Source of the DNA: Longimicrobiales bacterium
GTDB taxonomy: Bacteria > Gemmatimonadota > Gemmatimonadetes > Longimicrobiales > Gaopeijiaceae
NCBI GenBank assembly: GCA_965219445.1
Contig: CBDCNQ010000005.1
Location: 1,376,001 to 1,440,000 of the forward strand
Length of the DNA: 64,000 nucleotides
Direction: 5' to 3'
Below are positions 59,045-64,000 of this stretch, piece after piece (position 1 is the stretch's first letter; each line of letters begins with the position of its first letter). Both the position numbers and the translations under genes were made by a program. Below the pieces are notes generated by a model. It was not told where the DNA came from, ran no database searches, and was given only the letters and a program-made list of their open reading frames with translations.

Positions 59045-59715
59045 CTACGATAAGACCCAAGCGCCCAGGGCAAGGTAGGAGCCGAACAGTACGACCCCCT
59101 CCCTGCGCCGAATCACCAACCGCATACGTCACGTATGGCGAACGCCCCGAGCACCAGCCCCACCATGCCCAGGATGATAAAAACTACGTCCCTCGCAATC
59201 GTCCGGGGAGATAGACCGACCGCCGTCCTGGTGGATTCATCATACTCGCCCAGCGTTTTCGTGTCCTCCTCCTTGGCCGTGCGAAGAACGTAGGAGAGAT
59301 AGGCAAACAGTATCGCCACGAGCACGACGCCCTCGAGGCGCCCGACGTACTGGTTCCAGATCAGTGGCAGGAGCAGTACGGTGACGAGGACCATCACCGT
59401 AACCTCTCTCGTCACAACGCGCGCGGAGACATGCAGAGGCTGCAGGATCGCGCTGATCCCCAGGACGAGGCCGACGTTCGCCAGATTCGACCCCATCACG
59501 TTGCCGATGGCGAGATCGGGACTGCCGCTCAGCGACGCCACCACCGAGATCATGAGTTCAGGAGCCGACGTGCCCATGGAGACGACCGTAAGACCTACGA
59601 CGATCGGGCTCACACCGAGCGAGGTTGCTAGCTTCGCACTGCCACGGACGAGCCACTCGGCGCCGAAATACAAGACGCCGAGGCCACCGACGAAGAGCAG
59701 AATCTCACGCGTCAT
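59045..59715 (-). pseudogene. Calcium/sodium antiporter (YrbG-like) with the second repeat deleted
   Basis: GTSAPEL and GSNLAN first alpha-repeat; the frame breaks near 59130 and the last helix (VIRRREGVVLFGSYLALGAWVLS*) follows in another frame. Confidence 0.8.
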
Positions 59716-61484
59716 GTGCTCGTTCGCTGACGCCGGCTGAGCCACTCCTGGATTTCCTCCAGCGTCATCGTGTTCAGTACATCTCCCTTGTTCAGCCAGG
59801 CCCGCCGCGCCTGATCCACTCCGTAGGACATGTGGTCCAGCTGCTGGACCGAATGAGCATCGGTATTGATGCCGATCTTCACCCCCAACTCCTTCGCTCG
59901 GTGGGCGTGCACGTCGTTCAAATCAAGCCGATTCGGGTTCGCGTTGATTTCAACAGCCACGTCCAGATCGCGTGCCGCCTGCAGCACCTCTTCCATTTCG
60001 ATCTGAATGGGCTCCCGGCGGGCGAGAAGTCGTCCGGTGGGGTGACCGAGGATGTCCACCTGCGGATGCTGTATCGCCGTGATGACCCGATCCGTCATCA
60101 CGACCCGGTCCATATCCATGAGCGAGTGAACGGAGACCACCACGAGATCCAATGTCTCGAGGACCTCGTCGCTCATGTCGAGACTTCCGTCCCGGAGAAT
60201 ATCCACCTCCAGGCCCTTGAAGATCGTGATCCCGTCCAGCCCATCCTGAATGCGAGCAATTTCTTCCCACTGGTCCACGGCCCTTTCGGGCGTGATCCCC
60301 CCAACCATGGCCAAGGCCGGACTGTGGTCGCTCATGGCCAGATACCGGTACCCTCGGCCCTCACACGCCAGAGCCATCTCCTTTATGGAAGCCTTCCCAT
60401 CGCTCCACGTCGAATGCATGTGTAGATCACCCTGAATGTCATCCATCTCCAGCAGATCGGGGAGAGAGCCGTCGCCTGCCGCCTCCACCTCGCCACGGTT
60501 CTCACGCAATACGCAGGGCACCCAGGCCATACCGACCGCTTCGAATATGGATGCCTCGGTCTCGCCTGCGACGCGTTCACCCTCCTCCTTGCCCACCTCC
60601 TCCGGATCCACTCCCTCCGGCAATCGAAATACACCCCACTCGTTCACACGGAGGCCCTGCCGCTGGGCCATCTGACGAACGGCGACGTTGTGCTCCTTGG
60701 ATCCCGTGAAGTAATGCAGCGCCGCCCCGAAGGAACGTCGCGGAACGATTCGGAGGTCGACCTCCAGCCCGGATCGGAGCACGACGGCTCCACGCGTGTC
60801 CCCCGCCAACACGACCCGCTCCACCGACTCGAAAGCGGTGAAGTGCTCCATGACGGCGGGAGCCGGTAACTCTGCCTGCACGAGCAAGTCCACGTCCCCG
60901 ATGGTCTCATTGCGGCGCCGGTAGCTTCCCGCAACCTCCACGCGCTCCACGCACGATGCATCTCGCATGTGGTTCAAGAGGGGCTCGATCAGCTCGTCCA
61001 CCTTGGAGATGAGAAACCGACCGGAGTAACGCCGGAAATCTTCGATAGCCGTGAGGATCTTCTTCACGCTGGTCGCGCCGAACCCCTCAAGGCTTTCGAC
61101 GCGTCCCGCCTCCAAGGCCGCCTCGAGCTCATCAACCGTCGTAACCCCCAAGGACTCCCATAATTTCTTGGCCTTCTTGGGCCCCACACCATCGAGCTTC
61201 ACAAGCTGTACGAGAGATCTCGGAACTTCGGCAGCAACCTCCTCCAAACGAGCGAGTTCACCGGTCTCGACGAGCTCGACGATATGGGCGGACAGGTCCT
61301 TGCCGATTGCGGGCAAGGCTGTCAGATCCTCGCCGGCCTCCACCATGACCGAAAGAGGCCGTGTGAGCCCGCGTACGGTGCGGACCGCGTTGCGATAAGC
61401 CCGAATACGAAAAGGATTCGACCCGCTGATCTCCAACAGATCCCCGAGTTCCTCGAGGACACCCGCAATCTCGACATTCTCCAC
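59712..61484 (-). CDS. polX: DNA polymerase X/PHP 3'-5' exonuclease
   Basis: NPFRIRAY, AGSYRR, GDVD, VDLR, YFTGSK; PHP motifs HMHSTWSDG, HPTGR, TDAH. Confidence 0.95.
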   Translation of the reverse strand: MENVEIAGVLEELGDLLEISGSNPFRIRAYRNAVRTVRGLTRPLSVMVEAGEDLTALPAIGKDLSAHIVELVETGELARLEEVAAEVPRSLVQLVKLDGVGPKKAKKLWESLGVTTVDELEAALEAGRVESLEGFGATSVKKILTAIEDFRRYSGRFLISKVDELIEPLLNHMRDASCVERVEVAGSYRRRNETIGDVDLLVQAELPAPAVMEHFTAFESVERVVLAGDTRGAVVLRSGLEVDLRIVPRRSFGAALHYFTGSKEHNVAVRQMAQRQGLRVNEWGVFRLPEGVDPEEVGKEEGERVAGETEASIFEAVGMAWVPCVLRENRGEVEAAGDGSLPDLLEMDDIQGDLHMHSTWSDGKASIKEMALACEGRGYRYLAMSDHSPALAMVGGITPERAVDQWEEIARIQDGLDGITIFKGLEVDILRDGSLDMSDEVLETLDLVVVSVHSLMDMDRVVMTDRVITAIQHPQVDILGHPTGRLLARREPIQIEMEEVLQAARDLDVAVEINANPNRLDLNDVHAHRAKELGVKIGINTDAHSVQQLDHMSYGVDQARRAWLNKGDVLNTMTLEEIQEWLSRRQRTST

Positions 61485-61489
61485 GGCGG

Positions 61490-63559
61490 CTACAGCGCCC
61501 CCGCGGCCCGGAGAAGTTCGACGAAGCCCTCCTCGCTCAGAATCACTACGCCGAGGTCGAGCCCCTTCTGGAGCTTGGACCCGGGGTTCTCCCCTACGAC
61601 CACATGGGTCGTCTCACTGCTCACCGAGCCGACGACCCGGCCGCCGTTTTCCTCGATCAAGCGCTTCGCGTCCGAGCGAGAGAACCGCTCGAGCCCCCCG
61701 GTGAATACGAACCTCATGCCCGTCAGCCCATCACCGCCTGCCCGCTCCGGGGCCACGAGAGCGTTCATGTGACCGATGACCGCTGCAATGCGTTCACGAT
61801 TTCGTTCGTCGTCGAGGAAGGCCCTGATCTGCTCCGACATGATCGGTCCGATCCCGTCCACCGCCTCAAGCTGCTCGACCGTGGCCCCTTGGAGGTCGTC
61901 GAAGGTCAGGAACTCCGCGGCGAGCGCCGCCGCAACCGTCGATCCCACCTCGGGGATTCCGAGACCGTACAGAAAGCGGGCGAGCCCCACCGTCTTCTTC
62001 TCCTCGATTGCCGAGGCGAGGTTTGCCGCGGACTTCTCGGCGAATCCTTCCAGTGGCTCCAGGTCCGCCGCCGTGAGCTTGAAGAGATCAGCAAGCTCTT
62101 TCACGAGCCCTCGTTCCACGAGAAGCGTGGCCGTCTCCTCTCCCAAACCCTCGATGTCGAGACCCGCCCTGGACCCAAAGTGGGTGAGCCCTCTCTTGAG
62201 CTGGGCCGTACACCCGAACCGGTTCGGGCAATAGCTGAACGGGCCGCTCTCTTGAACGGGCGTATCACAGGCGGGACAATTCGCCGGCATCCGGAAGGCC
62301 GCGCCCCGCTTCCTTCCGTCCTCCGCAACGCGCTCCACGACCTGCGGGATCACGTCGCCGGCACGCTGGATCCTGACGAGGTCCCCCTGGCGGATGTCCT
62401 TGCGGGCCACTTCCTCTCGATTATGCAGCGACGCGCGCGCGACGGTGACGCCACCGACCTCGACGGACCTCAAGAGGGCCACGGGTGTCAGCTTCCCGGT
62501 ACGACCCACCGAGACCGCAATCTTCTCGATGCGCGTAATTTCTCTCCGCGGCTCGAATTTATAGGCGAGGGCCCAACGAGGGTGGTGTGAAGTGGTTCCC
62601 AAATCCGCACGTGAGTCCAGGTCGTCGACCTTGATGACCACACCGTCGATCTCATAGTCGAGACCGTCCCGATCCGCCGCATACGTTTCGTGATATCCAA
62701 AAATGTCTTCGACCGTGGTAACCAGCGTCACTCGCTCCGGCGTCCTGAACCCCCATTCCCGTAGTGCCTGCAGGGCCTCGTGATCCGAAGCCAACTGGGT
62801 ACCGCGCACCATGAGAATGTCGTAGGCCAAAAGATCGAGGGGCCTCTCGGCGGTAAGGCGAGAGTCGAGTTGCCGAAGGGAGCCCGACGCCGAGTTGCGT
62901 GGATTCACATAGGGCTCCGAGCCCTGCTCGACCATACGCTCGTTGAGGGCCTCGAACGCCGAGAGATACATCATGACTTCCCCGCGAACGGCAAGCAGCG
63001 CCGGCACGGGCCGATCGGCTTCACGGAGTCGTAGGGGAAGGCTCGGAATGGTTCTCAAATTTTCTGTGACGAGTTCTCCGACGCGGCCGTTCCCGCGTGT
63101 CACCGCCCGTACGAACAGTCCCTCCTCATACACGAGCTCGATGGATGCCCCATCCAGCTTCGGCTCGAGGATGTATTGGGGCTCGTCCTCGAGTCCCCTT
63201 CGCACACGCTCATCGAAGCGTCGCACCTCGGCGGGATCCTGGGTCGAATCCAACGACAGCATCGCGACGCTGTGCTCCGCGTTGGGAAACGCACTTTGCG
63301 GCTCCGCACCCACCCGTTGGGTCGGCGAGTCCACGGTGATCAAGTGAGGATGGGAGGCCTCCAACGCCTGAAGCTCGACGAAGATCCGATCGTACTCCGT
63401 GTCGTCGATCTCCGGGCGGGATTCCACATGGTACAGGTAGGAATGTCGTCGAAGCTCGTCACGCATCTGCTCGAGGCGTTCAGCCACATCCGCGTCACTT
63501 GAATCGCCGTCCCCATCACGGCGAGACACGGCGTCGGCGCGCGGTGCATCGTCGGGCAT
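61490..63559 (-). CDS. ligA: NAD-dependent DNA ligase
   Basis: EPKLDG, VRGE, DGVVIK, Cys4 zinc finger, HhH repeats, BRCT. Confidence 0.96.
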   Translation of the reverse strand: MPDDAPRADAVSRRDGDGDSSDADVAERLEQMRDELRRHSYLYHVESRPEIDDTEYDRIFVELQALEASHPHLITVDSPTQRVGAEPQSAFPNAEHSVAMLSLDSTQDPAEVRRFDERVRRGLEDEPQYILEPKLDGASIELVYEEGLFVRAVTRGNGRVGELVTENLRTIPSLPLRLREADRPVPALLAVRGEVMMYLSAFEALNERMVEQGSEPYVNPRNSASGSLRQLDSRLTAERPLDLLAYDILMVRGTQLASDHEALQALREWGFRTPERVTLVTTVEDIFGYHETYAADRDGLDYEIDGVVIKVDDLDSRADLGTTSHHPRWALAYKFEPRREITRIEKIAVSVGRTGKLTPVALLRSVEVGGVTVARASLHNREEVARKDIRQGDLVRIQRAGDVIPQVVERVAEDGRKRGAAFRMPANCPACDTPVQESGPFSYCPNRFGCTAQLKRGLTHFGSRAGLDIEGLGEETATLLVERGLVKELADLFKLTAADLEPLEGFAEKSAANLASAIEEKKTVGLARFLYGLGIPEVGSTVAAALAAEFLTFDDLQGATVEQLEAVDGIGPIMSEQIRAFLDDERNRERIAAVIGHMNALVAPERAGGDGLTGMRFVFTGGLERFSRSDAKRLIEENGGRVVGSVSSETTHVVVGENPGSKLQKGLDLGVVILSEEGFVELLRAAGAL

Positions 63560-63738
63560 CTCTGACCGCTTTGTGCTCAAAGAAGCTCCATTTCTTGGCG
63601 TGACGGCGAGGAATAGCACCGCTTTTCGAGGAGGAGCAGGGCGGTAGACACTTCTGGGACACGACACTAGTAACGTGGCGAATAGCAAGGGACCGGGACA
63701 GCCCTAGCGAGGGCCGATGTGGAGTCCTATAACTGGAC

Positions 63739-64000
63739 ATGACGCCCCTCGATATCGATCGGCTCCGGGCCGAGACCCCGGGCACGCGAAACGTCAATCA
63801 CCTCAACAACGCCGGGGCGGGCCTCATGCCGGATCCGGTGCGAGAAGTCGTCGTCGAGCACCTGGATCTGGAGGCGCGAATCGGGGGCTACGAGGCCGAG
63901 GCGGCTCGCCACTCCGAGGTCCAGTCCGTTTATGACTCGGTCGGCACGCTCATCGGAGCCGATCCCCAAAACGTGGCGATCACCGACAACGCTACGGGTG
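63739..64000 (+). CDS. Class V PLP aminotransferase/C-S lyase (partial, runs off the window)
   Basis: Manual translation MTPLDIDRLRAETPG...HLNNAGAGLMP...GGYEA...NAT. Confidence 0.85.
   Translation, partial: MTPLDIDRLRAETPGTRNVNHLNNAGAGLMPDPVREVVVEHLDLEARIGGYEAEAARHSEVQSVYDSVGTLIGADPQNVAITDNATG

Noticed and set aside
1..64000. CRISPR array, rRNA or prophage structural genes
   Set aside because: No regularly spaced repeats, cas genes, rRNA-like stretches or phage structural motifs were seen.

Overview
GC-rich bacterial chromosomal segment; gene content is compatible with Gemmatimonadota or a similar lineage (inference only). Positions 1-9.9 kb are a decayed accessory island. It holds an apparently intact IS110-family element whose 3' non-coding end has guide-like segments matching its own ends and its right flank (candidate bridge/seekRNA). 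It also holds a NYN/PIN ribonuclease gene preceded by a sigma70-like promoter, a ~60-nt two-hairpin RNA and a terminator (type III toxin-antitoxin-like layout). The rest of the island is remnants of an integrative element, nested IS3/IS256 pieces, an intact IS3-family element and a PD-(D/E)XK nuclease fragment. From 9.9 to 64 kb the genes are mostly core or metabolic: a GMC oxidoreductase pair, queG, queE, a type IIA topoisomerase A subunit lacking a GyrA-box, an ECF sigma/ZAS anti-sigma pair, a cyclic-nucleotide signalling cluster with pfkA, a PQQ dehydrogenase, a methyltransferase/FAD enzyme/type III PKS operon, transporters, tRNA-Glu and tRNA-Val, a chlamydial/plastid-type fabI, polX and ligA. 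Several genes across the window carry internal deletions, some with short microhomologies at the junction. All family calls come from motifs recognised by eye; no database search was run.
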